DNA of 62,364 bases, counting the filler, from Sanchytrium tribonematis (taxonomy: Eukaryota), in NCBI GenBank assembly GCA_018985235.1. It is 14 parts of 14 records of this genome, joined end to end, with 100 filler letters (N's around TTAATTAATTAA, not from the genome) between each part and the next. Parts side by side here need not be neighbours in the genome. Positions count along the whole stretch, not along the records: positions 49,949 to 52,983 come from JADGIG010000927.1; positions 53,084 to 56,117 come from JADGIG010000928.1; positions 56,218 to 59,243 come from JADGIG010000929.1; positions 59,344 to 62,364 come from JADGIG010000930.1; 10 more parts are not named here. One strand, written 5' to 3'. A program made the translations under genes and the position numbers. Numbering within the stretch: the stretch's first letter is position 1; each line of letters begins with the position of its first letter. The notes under the pieces are model-generated. The model was given only the letters and a program-made list of their open reading frames with translations. It searched no databases and was not told the origin of the DNA. Below, one piece after another: positions 52,677 to 62,364 of this stretch.

Positions 52677-52982
52677 ATGGCAAGCATCGAAGAAATTAAA
52701 GAGTTGATTAAAGATTTAGCAACCAAGGATGATATTAGCAAATTTATCACCAAAGCTGATTTAAAAGATTTAGCAACCAAGGATGACATTAGCAAATTCA
52801 TCACTAAAGCTGATTTAAAAGATTTAGCAACCAAGGATGATATTAGCAAATTCATCACTAAAGCTGATTTAAAAGATTTAGCAACCAAGGATGATGTCAG
52901 AGATGTGGGTGTCAAAATATGCAAGAACCTAGTGACTGTTAACAACAACATGCTGGAGATTTATGAATCTATTTGCGATTGA
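52677..52982 (+). CDS. small nonad-repeat (LATKDDISK/FITKADLKD) coiled-coil protein
   Basis: ATG at 52677; repeat copies differ at synonymous positions (GAT/GAC, TTT/TTC, ACC/ACT), consistent with coding on +. Confidence 0.65.
   Translation: MASIEEIKELIKDLATKDDISKFITKADLKDLATKDDISKFITKADLKDLATKDDISKFITKADLKDLATKDDVRDVGVKICKNLVTVNNNMLEIYESICD
52711..52895. repeat. 54-bp tandem repeat, about 3.4 copies
   Basis: Units start at 52711, 52765, 52819 and 52873. Confidence 0.95.
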
Positions 52983-53083
52983 GNNNNNNNNNNNNNNNNN
53001 NNNNNNNNNNNNNNNNNNNNNNNNNNNTTAATTAATTAANNNNNNNNNNNNNNNNNNNNNNNNNNNNNNNNNNNNNNNNNNNN

Positions 53084-54451
53084 TATGCGTTTCTCTTTTC
53101 CTTTTCTGATTTAATTTTGGCGTTAAGGTTTCGAGAAGGAGTTTCGATAACAGAAATACATTTTCGTTTGCAGAAAAATTCGGTAAAAAAATTAGTCCAA
53201 TAGGAACTATCCTTCTTGAGAAGATGTTCCAATTCACCTATTGGGTCAGTGGATTTTAACAAATTTGATTCATCTAGATATAAAAAGTCTATATTAGTCC
53301 AAAATACTTGGTATCAAAATATCATTAAACAAATCGTTGGGCTTATTTTCTAGATCATATTGCAACTGGTCTTTTAATCTTGTAATACACAAAGTGATTC
53401 TATCAAAGTCCAATCCATTTGCTAAATGTCTATTAAGAGCAATTTTCATTTTATCAGGAATCATTTGCAGTAATTCACAAGGCACATCACTGCAGATTAT
53501 ATAATAATTTGGTATTTTTCTATAATCTATAGAAGAACTTACATCGGAGCACCAATTATTTTCCTCAGTAAACAAATGTTGTAAGAAGCTACCAGAGGAT
53601 CCTGTTAAATAGGTCGTTATTATATTAAGGGAGCTTAGTACTTCTACATTTAACATTTCTTCCGCTGAAAATGAAAATGACACAATCCCGGTTTCTTCAA
53701 GTTCATCTGGGAATTCAATATTTATCACTTCGTCAGTACTGATAGGAAAAACAGCAATGTCTTTCCAAGAAGGATAAGTTTTAGATTCTGATTTTCTATC
53801 TGCAACTTTATCAAGATCAGCCAGCAATTCCAATAATTTTTCACGAGGGTAGGTTCCACAAATTATTAAAAGGGTCTTAGAGGCGTCATAGTATGTTTGA
53901 TGATACTCTTGTATTTCTTCCAAAGTGAGGCTCTGGATGTCTTTAGTCAAACCACCGCATTCATAACCATAAGGTGAGTTCGGATAGACGGCATTTAAAA
54001 TGGAATGCTGTAAAATATCCTCCGCGGAGTTTTCTCTACCCTCCATTTCACAATAAACTACACCAGCGTCTTTAAATTCGGGGCTAATGTGATGAACTTC
54101 AGTAGTGTAGGCAGATTTTGTCAAAGTGGGATTCAAAATATGGTCATAATACACAGGTAGAAGCACTTGCAGTCCTTCCCAACTCACAGTATCTAAAGTG
54201 TAAGCAGTATGATCAACATCCGTCCAAGCATTTGTCCCGTTGGCATAGCACCTATTAGCAAGCACGTCTAATATTCCCTTGTAAGGATACCTTTTAGATC
54301 CTAAAAAAACGAGATGCTCTAGAGTATGGGCGTGGCCTTTGTTGTTCCACCCTACTGTTGGAATAACAAACGTACTGGCAGTAATTAGAGAAGGATACTC
54401 CACATGAACAATTTTTGCAAACTTTGACGAGTGAATCTGAATTTTGGGCAT
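53084..54451 (-). CDS. M16C-type zinc metallopeptidase (Sdd3/C05D11.1-like), 3'-partial; intron 53289-53307
   Basis: GHAHTLEHLVFLGSKRYPYKG, GTNAWTDVDHTAYT, GVVYCEMEGRE; spliced DILIPNFLY. Confidence 0.9.
53289..53307 (-). other. 19-nt spliceosomal intron GTATTTTGGACTAATATAG
   Basis: GT-AG with a near-canonical ACTAAT branch sequence; contains the premature TAA. Confidence 0.88.
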
Positions 54452-54478
54452 CAAATTATGTTTCTCCTTGTTTAAAAC

Positions 54479-54832
54479 ATGTCAAACGCAACAACCAAAA
54501 AATTAAAAGCCGCAGCTAGAAATCTAGGGAAAAAGACTATCAATATGAAGAGAATATATCTGCTGCTTGAATTTTCGATGTCTTGTAGAAATGAGCGATT
54601 GATTAAATTTTACAATTCTCAAATCAAAGAGATTTCCGAGAAATCATTGATGAGGTTGGACCCATCTATCAAGCAAGTCATTTGTAAAAAATGCAAAAAT
54701 TGGCTAGATAGCAAAGTCGAAGAACGAAAGCTGATCTCTTACTGTAAATGTGGGTATATTAAAATTTACCCTTTAAATAACAAAACACGTTTCACTGATG
54801 GTTTGTTAGTTGATCCGATTGATGAAATTTAA
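54479..54832 (+). CDS. RPR2: RNase P subunit Rpr2/Rpp21
   Basis: RIYLL, ISEKSLMRLDPSIKQVICKKC ... CKCG zinc ribbon. Confidence 0.8.
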   Translation: MSNATTKKLKAAARNLGKKTINMKRIYLLLEFSMSCRNERLIKFYNSQIKEISEKSLMRLDPSIKQVICKKCKNWLDSKVEERKLISYCKCGYIKIYPLNNKTRFTDGLLVDPIDEI

Positions 54833-54946
54833 AATAATTAATGCAATTTGATGTAAGCCTCGATGGATTGATCAATTTCCAAATAAACAAAAGTATTCAT
54901 TTCAAAGCAAAACTATAGCGATTTTATAATTAGATACGTCCAGGCC

Positions 54947-55447
54947 ATGTCTCTTGTTTTATTGAAGCTAGCATTTTATCAATTAAGCTACTTATCAGGT
55001 AACTATTTGCATGCAAAGTATGATATCAAGAAATATAAGAATATTCTAACAACGATGTATCTGACTTTTGATATTGATATTTTAATTGAAGCATTTTATT
55101 TGAAACCTGATAGCATTCATCTTGTTGGGCAGCTTTGGAACTTCATCAGTTTCTTTACTGTTTTTTGCGGACTTTTTTTGATATTAAGTAGTGCGAGAGT
55201 GTGCAAAAAGAAACTATACTTTCATGGCTTCTACCCATTTCGAAGTGGAATTTATGAACATATCTCAGACCCTTTTTATTATGGGAAGGCTCTTTTGATT
55301 ATGGGAATTTCCATTTATAGGACGTCCGTATTGGGAATACTTTTGGCTACTTTTATGTATTCCTTATCAAATGCCGGAATTGCATTTATTGAGAAAAAAT
55401 ACACTGCTGCCTGGATTAAAGAGATAGAAAAATCACAAAGAAAATAA
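54947..55447 (+). CDS. phospholipid methyltransferase (PEMT/Opi3-like)
   Basis: SGIYEHISDPFYYG, GILLA, IEKKYTA resemble the PEMT C-terminal motifs. Confidence 0.65.
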   Translation: MSLVLLKLAFYQLSYLSGNYLHAKYDIKKYKNILTTMYLTFDIDILIEAFYLKPDSIHLVGQLWNFISFFTVFCGLFLILSSARVCKKKLYFHGFYPFRSGIYEHISDPFYYGKALLIMGISIYRTSVLGILLATFMYSLSNAGIAFIEKKYTAAWIKEIEKSQRK

Positions 55448-55451
55448 TAAA

Positions 55452-56117
55452 TCACTGAGATGATTCTTTTTTGGAGTATTTTTCAAAGACCATTGTAAAA
55501 GAGCCACGTCCCTGAGTTAAGGTTCGAAATTTGGTGGAATAGCCTTGTAATTTTGATAAAGGGATGCTGGCAACAATAGGCTCTGTGGAATGGATCAATG
55601 ATTCTCGCTTTGAAAGATCGGATAATATAGGACCAAGATCTTTGGATTCAAGTTCACAAGATACTTTCATAATCGGCTCGAATATATCAAATTGCTTCAA
55701 CAAAATAGAAAAAACCTTATCAAAAGTTGAATCAACCAGAGATATATGACCGGCACTATTTAATTTGAAGGGCGGGTTAATTTCAATCTCTGATACTGAG
55801 ATTTCTGTTTCGGCAATCTTGGAGCATTTCAACTTGTTCTGTATTATTTTTCTGAAATAATCTGAAATAGACACTGTGCTCGCATTCACATTAATGTCGT
55901 TTCCAGTGGAGCTGGTATTCAAGATTAAATCAATGGATGTATTTTTAAGTGGGCAAACGTCGATTTTAATATTTAGCGTGAAAACTTCGTCACCAGACTT
56001 AATATTATGCTTCACTTTTGTATTAAAATATACAGTGGGTTTTAAATACTCGTTCACTTCCATAGGACCAAAAAGAAACACTTCCGAATTTGTGTTTAAT
56101 TTAGACTGAAGAATTTC
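55452..56117 (-). CDS. mitochondrial EF-G-family protein (probably EF-G2/Mef2), C-terminal part
   Basis: EPIMKV, LGPILSDLSKR, ASIPLSKLQGYSTKFRTLTQGRGSFTMVF (domain V). Confidence 0.8.
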   Translation of the reverse strand, partial: EILQSKLNTNSEVFLFGPMEVNEYLKPTVYFNTKVKHNIKSGDEVFTLNIKIDVCPLKNTSIDLILNTSSTGNDINVNASTVSISDYFRKIIQNKLKCSKIAETEISVSEIEINPPFKLNSAGHISLVDSTFDKVFSILLKQFDIFEPIMKVSCELESKDLGPILSDLSKRESLIHSTEPIVASIPLSKLQGYSTKFRTLTQGRGSFTMVFEKYSKKESSQ

Positions 56118-56217
56118 NNNNNNNNNNNNNNNNNNNNNNNNNNNNNNNNNNNNNNNNNNNNTTAATTAATTAANNNNNNNNNNNNNNNNNNNNNNNNNNN
56201 NNNNNNNNNNNNNNNNN

Positions 56218-59200
56218 AAGACCGCAGTGATCTTGCCAAGTGCCAATTGCTGAGATTTTTTGTCTTTGCTCAATATTGCCTCTTCCATTATGCTGGTCCA
56301 ACTTATTTGAAGACAAAGCAAACCGATTTGAGCGGGGTATTTTTCAATTATTTGAAAAAGGTCCACGTCTTGCATCTCAGAAACTGCTTGTTTGATCACA
56401 CATTGCACAGTTTTCCGGACGGTATCCAAAAGAGTTCCCAGCCAAATTTCCACGTTACCTGTGGCGGTAAACGATTTGTAAAATGGTACAGTTTCGCCTT
56501 CCATACTTTCCATGCCAATGATCTTATCATATTCTTTTGAGTCAAACTGCACTGCATTCACATTATCAAAGACGCTTTTGAGATGGGGCTGAATAGTATG
56601 AGAGTCACTTGCTTGACCTAAAATTTCCAAAAGTGAAGGATCAGACACGAAATAAAATCGTGGAAAGATTGCTCTTTTGGATTCCAAATAACCCACTAGA
56701 GATTTCTGACAAGCTTCCAATTGCTCCATCATAGCAGGTAAGCATTCTTTAATTGTCTCATTTTCTACACAAAGAGGCACCACCAAGGGAGATTCATTGA
56801 CGATCCCCATTACTCTACACCACGTTTTATCAACGTTTTGGAATTTTTTAGCTTCTTTAGGCATTTGCTTGGCAATATCTCCACCTCCAAATACGGCCTC
56901 TAGATATATCCATAAATTTTGGACAGAGAGCCAATTTTCGAGAATTTCACTGGTGATTGTCAAATTTTTTATCCATTTTTGTATGTCCTGTCTAAATGGT
57001 AAATTGTAACGATTGCTGAAAAGAGATGCCAATGTCATTTGACTATCCTCAAGAGTTGTAATTACTTCGGAGGTACAGGCTGGTTGCAAAATTAAATTTC
57101 CTCTAGTTTTAAAATTTCCCACAACAAAAGCTTTCCCTGTCCATTCAAGCACAACAGACTGAAGTTTTTTCTCGATATCATGCTCCTTTAGAGCACCAGT
57201 ACATACGTCTTCTAAATCCTCCTTTGCTGCAAGTGTTTCAGGGTTGATCAGCACAGCGATACTGGCGTCAGGTTCAAATGAGATTTCTCTACCAAGAAGC
57301 TTACAAATATTCTCAAAATGCCGGGGTAGCATCTTAGGATTATTCATCTGCTCCAACAAAGGTACCAAATCGCTAGCATCTTCCACTAATTTCTTTAGAC
57401 TATTAAAAGCACCTTTTTCTTTCATGGCTTTTGGGATTTTCTTAAACTTATTTTGTAGATCTTGTACATCGTCGTTTAAAACCTTAAAGTCGGCCGATTT
57501 CCAAGTCAATTTTTTATAATCTGCATATTTCTCCAGAGTATCTTTGTAGACACCGTAAAGTGCATTCAAAAGTTTTAAATCTTTCCTGATTGTCTCGATT
57601 TTAGACAAATCATACTCTTTTAAAGCAAACAATGATGCACCTGCATCAATTCTCTTCTTTTGTCTGTCAAGAACATCAATCGATTTTAGACAACTTGTCA
57701 ATTTCTCAATGGCTTCTAAGGGATCTATGTTTTCCGCTTGTGGTCCGTTTGATTGATAAAATGAAATAAAAGCTTCAGTGTCATTTTCAATGTCGAGTAT
57801 CATTTTGTCGAATTTAGTTTTAAAATGATATTCTTGCAGAGACAATCGATGCTGCACTTGCTGACTTAATTGACATTGTTTATCATAGTCATATCTAATA
57901 GAATCAGCCGTATCATTCAAATTCTTTTCTATGCTCAAATTATATTTGGCCATAATAAGAAAACCTTCTTCAATTGGCTTGATATTAGACTCAAGAGTGG
58001 GTTTCAATAAATTGAACTCTTCAAGGGCTTCAACTAGTGACTTTACATCCTCAAAATCATCTATAGAAATAGAGAGTTTTGTATTTGTTTGATTCAATTG
58101 CATAATTAGCTTGTTTGTTGAAATTCCCAAATAGTCCTGCAACGCATTTCCAACAAGAGCCATATAGTTTTGGAGCTTTTGAGTCATTTGCTTTTTTATT
58201 ATACCACTTGTAAGATAAAATGGACCATTTTCGAATACTTCAGGAATGGTCTCCACTGATTGAAAATCATTTTTGATCTTTTTTAAAAGCATTTCAAATG
58301 TATATACAGAAACATCCGATATTTTCAATGCAGACATTTCTGCCTCGACATTCAGTTGAAAGATGTTTTGGTATTCTTCCAGCAATTTAAAACTTGTCTG
58401 CATCATAGATTTCCAATTTTTTGAGTAAATGGACATGGATGATAAATACCTTTGTATGTCTTTGTTTGTTGATAGTATAGACCAATCTTTGAAAGTTTGA
58501 GATTTTGAATTGAGTGAAGTGGTGGATAATTCAAGCAGTACTTGGCCACAAATATCAATGTAGGTTGATTGAATATCCATTACATTTGGCTTAATAATCA
58601 ATTCTGATATATCTAGATCAAATTCAACAAGAATTTGAGCTGAATTGCTGTTTAAAAACTGCTTTATATCCTCCATAGACCATTTGATTCCAGACACAAG
58701 ATTTTCCACAACTTGCGATTTCAAGTGGCCAAGAACTTTTTCAAAAGTTACTGAAAGAGATTCATCTGTCAAGATACCCAGTTTCTTAAGAAAATTAGAA
58801 AGAAGGGTTTTTATGGTAAATCCAGACTGCTCAACTTGTAATATCAAATTGCTTGCAGCGGAAACACATCTACCTATACGTTTAAAAGATTCATCTTTGT
58901 AATTGCAGACGGAAACTTTGTCGGTTTGGCTGACGATGAACCATAATATGTGGGATAACTTGTGAAGAATGGGCTCTACAGCATTTTTTATAATTTCGTT
59001 GATTCTCGACTTTACAAGAAGAGCGTCGCCAAAAATCTTTTTTAGTTCTCGAGTGTATTTAACTAATGAAAAAGAATTCCAATTGATTGAGATGATACCC
59101 AAGGCCAATTTGTTATCGAAATACTTAGAAAGGTTGAGATAATAGTCTTTTAGTGGAGTCCAGTGTTCTTTTAGCAAAACATTTCTCTCCGTTACAATAT

Positions 59201-59243
59201 CTTCTAGGTCTTTTTTAACCTGAAGGATTGTTGGCCAAGCGTC
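56218..59243 (-). CDS. axonemal outer-arm dynein heavy chain (DNAH5/8 type), internal fragment
   Basis: WIYLEAVFGGGDIAKQMPKEAKKF, FPRFYFVSDPSLLEILGQASDSHTIQ, GNVEIWL; frame open across the whole contig. Confidence 0.9.
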
Positions 59244-59343
59244 NNNNNNNNNNNNNNNNNNNNNNNNNNNNNNNNNNNNNNNNNNNNTTAATTAATTAAN
59301 NNNNNNNNNNNNNNNNNNNNNNNNNNNNNNNNNNNNNNNNNNN

Positions 59344-60424
59344 TCTTAAGCGTCACCGAGAAAATGAGGCAGAGTTGCAGCAATGCGGGTCTAGCTTGGA
59401 CACTTTCAGCGATGGTTCATCTGACGGAGATATTAGAGAGCTCGCTCCGATTCAAATGCTTGTTGATCTCAAAGGCTCGAGTTGCCATAAAGGTGGTTTC
59501 AAACCTTTTTTTGCCATTTTGGAAAAGTGTTCTTATAAAGTGCAATTTATTGAGGGATTGCGTACTCAAATATTAAGGTCCATTTCGCAAGATCACAAAA
59601 CTAATTGGTACATTTTCGAAGCCAATAACCATTTGCTTGAAGGTTCTTTAAAGCAATGCTATTATTTCTCAGAGAAGAAAAGTTTTATCGGTCCAGTATA
59701 CACTTTAATCTATATTCTTAATCAATTCAAGACCTTGATTTTATCAGAAGAAATGATCAAATGGATAGATTTTGATCTGCAAGTTTTGAGCGGTCAGGTT
59801 ATCAATAGAATTGAAGAATCCGGAACTCGACAGAGGCAAATCCATTTAGATCACTTTGTTTTAGAAACGGAATATGATAAGAAAGGATGGCAAATCAAAC
59901 TGAAGCACAAAAATTCAGAAGAAAAAAGTTTGAAGTTGCAAGAATTACTGAAGCGGGGCCAAGATGTTCTTTGTTCCATTCTAAATCAATCTCCGCATCA
60001 AAAGCTAACCCTGACTAGCATTATCAAAATGCTATCTATAGTTCCAACCATTAGTGTGCAAATGATTCAATTGATGTTGACATCCGCCAAATTAAAAAAC
60101 AAATCTAAAAGTGAAGTTAAATTTGAAATTTGCCTGTCTCCTATACATGGTCTGGAATCTCCAATACAAGTGAATCAATTTAAATGTACCTTTCACCTTA
60201 GATCTATCACAAAGGAAAAAACCATAATAACAAAGTACACCTACGACTTACAAAGTCACAAACTTGAATACCTCGCTGTTGTGAATGGCGAAATTATAGA
60301 TGAAGCAACTAATATTAAAATTTCAAAATTTTTGGCTAGTCCAGAAGCAGATCGAATGGAGGAACGAGTTCGTTTAGGTAAATGCTTGTTTGTTGTAACG
60401 ACTTTTCTTCACGACTTTGAATAA
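59344..60424 (+). CDS. hypothetical protein (probably 5'-partial)
   Basis: Open frame of about 350 codons; no recognised motif. Confidence 0.55.
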
Positions 60425-60438
60425 ATAATTTTTCAAAC

Positions 60439-61620
60439 ATGAACCGTAAAAATTTATGGATGTCTGGTCTTGACATCACTGAGAGCAATATTGTTCAGGC
60501 CAAAAATTTGTTTGCTGAATATTCTATTCCTATATCAAATCACCCCTTAGAAATGAACGATCATGATCTTGTAAAAATAATTCAAAATGACGTAAAACGA
60601 TTGTTTCCCAAAGAAAAGTATTTTACAGATGAAATTAAATATCGAATTGAACAAATATTAACGATATATTGTCGTGTTATAAATTTAGAATATAAACAAG
60701 GATGGCATGATTTAGTGGGATTTATCATGTATGCCATAAATGCAAACACAAACAATGATACTTATATTGCATTTCTCATATTTTTCAAGTTAAATAGTCT
60801 TTGCAAGTATTGGTACTACGATTCCATTCAAGGAAACCACTCGTTAGAATTCAATTACAATCCTAAACGGTTAGATATGCATCAGAACGAGATGAGAATA
60901 CAATTTGAATGCCGCTTTGCAGTTGACCATATTTTGCAAAAATCAGATAGAAGAATGTGGGAAAAAATTAAGGAAATTGGACTGGAACCACATGTTTTTG
61001 GTCTTAGATGGCTAAGGACACTATTTTTGCATGAATTTCCATTGGAGCAATCTTGTATTTTGTGGGACCACCTAATATACAATTTGGCTAACATAGATAA
61101 AAATTATTTTCTCTGGCTACCAAAATTTGTTTTCGTTGCAATAATTCAGCATCTTAGGGAAGAAATTTTACTTGGTGATATCAGCAGTGGTATGTCAGTT
61201 TTAATGAGGCCGCATTTGACTGACGTTAATCCTATACTTGATCAAGCCAAAGACATTCAAAATGAATTTATGAAAACCTCTAAGGAATACCTTGCTAGTC
61301 TAGATTCACAACAGAATCTTCAAGAGCCTCTAATGAATTTTGAGACAATGCAGAATTTAAAAATATCGCTTTCTACTATCGAGAGAGAATGTAGATTTGA
61401 TAAGCCAATTGTAATAAAGGAGCTAAAAAAGATTTACGAGTTACTTAATATACCCAGCAAATTAGCTTTATGTTCGGAAGACTCCAACGACTTGACTGGT
61501 ACCAAAAATACCCTAAAAGAAATAGAAAAAGAATTGGAAAATGGCGACTTGATTTTAAAAAAAATTGTATCGTCCCCAAATAAATACCAGGGTCTCTTAT
61601 ATGCAAAACCTAAATCTTAA
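60439..61620 (+). CDS. TBC-domain Rab GAP (TBC1D5/Gyp6-like)
   Basis: IQNDVKRLFP, YKQGWHDL, FGLRWLRTLFLHEF, LWD. Confidence 0.88.
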   Translation: MNRKNLWMSGLDITESNIVQAKNLFAEYSIPISNHPLEMNDHDLVKIIQNDVKRLFPKEKYFTDEIKYRIEQILTIYCRVINLEYKQGWHDLVGFIMYAINANTNNDTYIAFLIFFKLNSLCKYWYYDSIQGNHSLEFNYNPKRLDMHQNEMRIQFECRFAVDHILQKSDRRMWEKIKEIGLEPHVFGLRWLRTLFLHEFPLEQSCILWDHLIYNLANIDKNYFLWLPKFVFVAIIQHLREEILLGDISSGMSVLMRPHLTDVNPILDQAKDIQNEFMKTSKEYLASLDSQQNLQEPLMNFETMQNLKISLSTIERECRFDKPIVIKELKKIYELLNIPSKLALCSEDSNDLTGTKNTLKEIEKELENGDLILKKIVSSPNKYQGLLYAKPKS

Positions 61621-61699
61621 GACTCTTCTCATGTTGCACTTCCATTGAGCATAAAATTTTATATTCAAAAAAAAATCAAAAACAGGTCAAAAGCCATCT

Positions 61700-62364
61700 A
61701 TGGAATTTATTTCTCACTATGAAGAGGGTAATGTAAAAAACGCCTTAAATATAATTGAATCGACTGATTTCGTTGGCCGATACTTTAATTTAAGTAATGA
61801 AATTGAGTTTGGTGACTCTGCAGAAAAACTTTTAGGAAATCGTACTGAAAAACTCAACGTAATGCATTACGCGCTTCTTATGCTTGATTCGGATGATTCT
61901 CAGGATGTGGTTGACAAGAAAAAAGAGATTATTGATTTATTAATAGAAAATATGCCAATTGAAATTCTACAAGGACGAAATGGAATTGGGAACACTCCAA
62001 TTCACATGGCTGCATACTTAGGCGAAAAAGATATTCTGGAAAGCCTAATTAAAAAAGGAGCTTCAGCTACCATGGAGAATCAAATTGGATTAAGACCTAT
62101 TGACATGGCCACAAATGCTGAAATTATTTCAGTTTTAAAAAAATATATGGAAAAATCACCAAGGCACAAAAGAGGGAAATCTTTGTCTTCTAGAGATACA
62201 AGTGCGTCTCCTACAAAAGATTTCTCGAAAACAATCAAGATGGACTCCAAGGTATCTTTAAATAGCGTTAAGCAAGAAGAGGAAAAAATTTATGTACCTT
62301 ATGTTCGAAAATCCAGCAAGGATAAAATGCATGAGCAAGGAAGCGTTAGAAATAATCCATTTTT
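61700..62364 (+). CDS. ankyrin-repeat protein (3'-partial, not in the ORF track)
   Basis: Manual translation: GNTPIHMAAYLGEKDILESLIKKGA..NQIGLRPIDMA; open to the window end. Confidence 0.8.
   Translation, partial: MEFISHYEEGNVKNALNIIESTDFVGRYFNLSNEIEFGDSAEKLLGNRTEKLNVMHYALLMLDSDDSQDVVDKKKEIIDLLIENMPIEILQGRNGIGNTPIHMAAYLGEKDILESLIKKGASATMENQIGLRPIDMATNAEIISVLKKYMEKSPRHKRGKSLSSRDTSASPTKDFSKTIKMDSKVSLNSVKQEEEKIYVPYVRKSSKDKMHEQGSVRNNPF

Noticed and set aside
52711..52895. CRISPR-like array
   Set aside because: Head-to-tail 54-bp units with no unique spacers and synonymous variation; eukaryotic context with no cas genes.
21558..59343. Recurrent TTAATTAATTAA at about 3.1-kb spacing, and ORFs ending in XXX-LIN
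   Set aside because: Artificial contig linker flanked by N runs. It is not a biological repeat, and genes on either side are unlinked.
9652..61094. Numerous 60-130 aa ORFs antisense to or nested in real genes (e.g. 9652-9855, 10242-10586, 38888-39256, 52553-52951, 57244-57519)
   Set aside because: Shadow frames of well-supported genes, mostly with non-ATG starts and no motifs.
1..62364. Full stop-codon reassignment (TAR = Gln, as in some aphelids and ciliates)
   Set aside because: Conserved genes end at TAA, TAG and TGA at the expected positions, and long ORFs contain no in-frame TAR apart from two isolated TAGs.
1..62364. tRNA, rRNA or snRNA genes
   Set aside because: None recognised by eye in the short intergenic gaps; a covariance-model search would be needed to exclude divergent snRNAs.

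Overview
AT-rich eukaryotic nuclear DNA in the standard genetic code. It is not one locus: 14 contigs (one of at least 21.5 kb, then 13 of about 3.0 kb in descending size) are joined by artificial N-TTAATTAATTAA-N linkers, so neighbourhood across linkers means nothing. Gene content (SEC23, RPN10, VPS35, COPB, LST8, UTP18/20, SRP receptor alpha, CapZ beta, outer-arm axonemal dynein, CEP350-like, MyTH4 protein, COX23, BNA1, a Ty3/Gypsy element, a Crinkler-type NTPase-REase, and many secreted lineage-specific proteins) suggests a genome-reduced, flagellum-bearing opisthokont, probably an early-diverging zoosporic fungus; this assignment is inference. The main result is that most 'split' ORFs in the six-frame track are single genes interrupted by 19-20 nt GT-AG introns (nine well supported, one doubtful). 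All nine have an invariant A six bases from the 3' end, in a YTNAT-NN-AG context that looks like a branch site fused to the acceptor. The same compaction appears as divergent start codons 19-52 bp apart, convergent stop codons that abut, and signal peptides of about 10 residues. Other items of note: a possible Crypton/Ndc10-like protein paired with a zinc-finger gene, tandem membrane proteins with C-terminal Atg8-interacting motifs, a 275-bp MITE, a nonad-repeat alpha/beta coiled-coil protein, a 19-nt duplication splitting gag-pol, and two in-frame TAG codons. All family assignments are by motif recognition; no searches were run.
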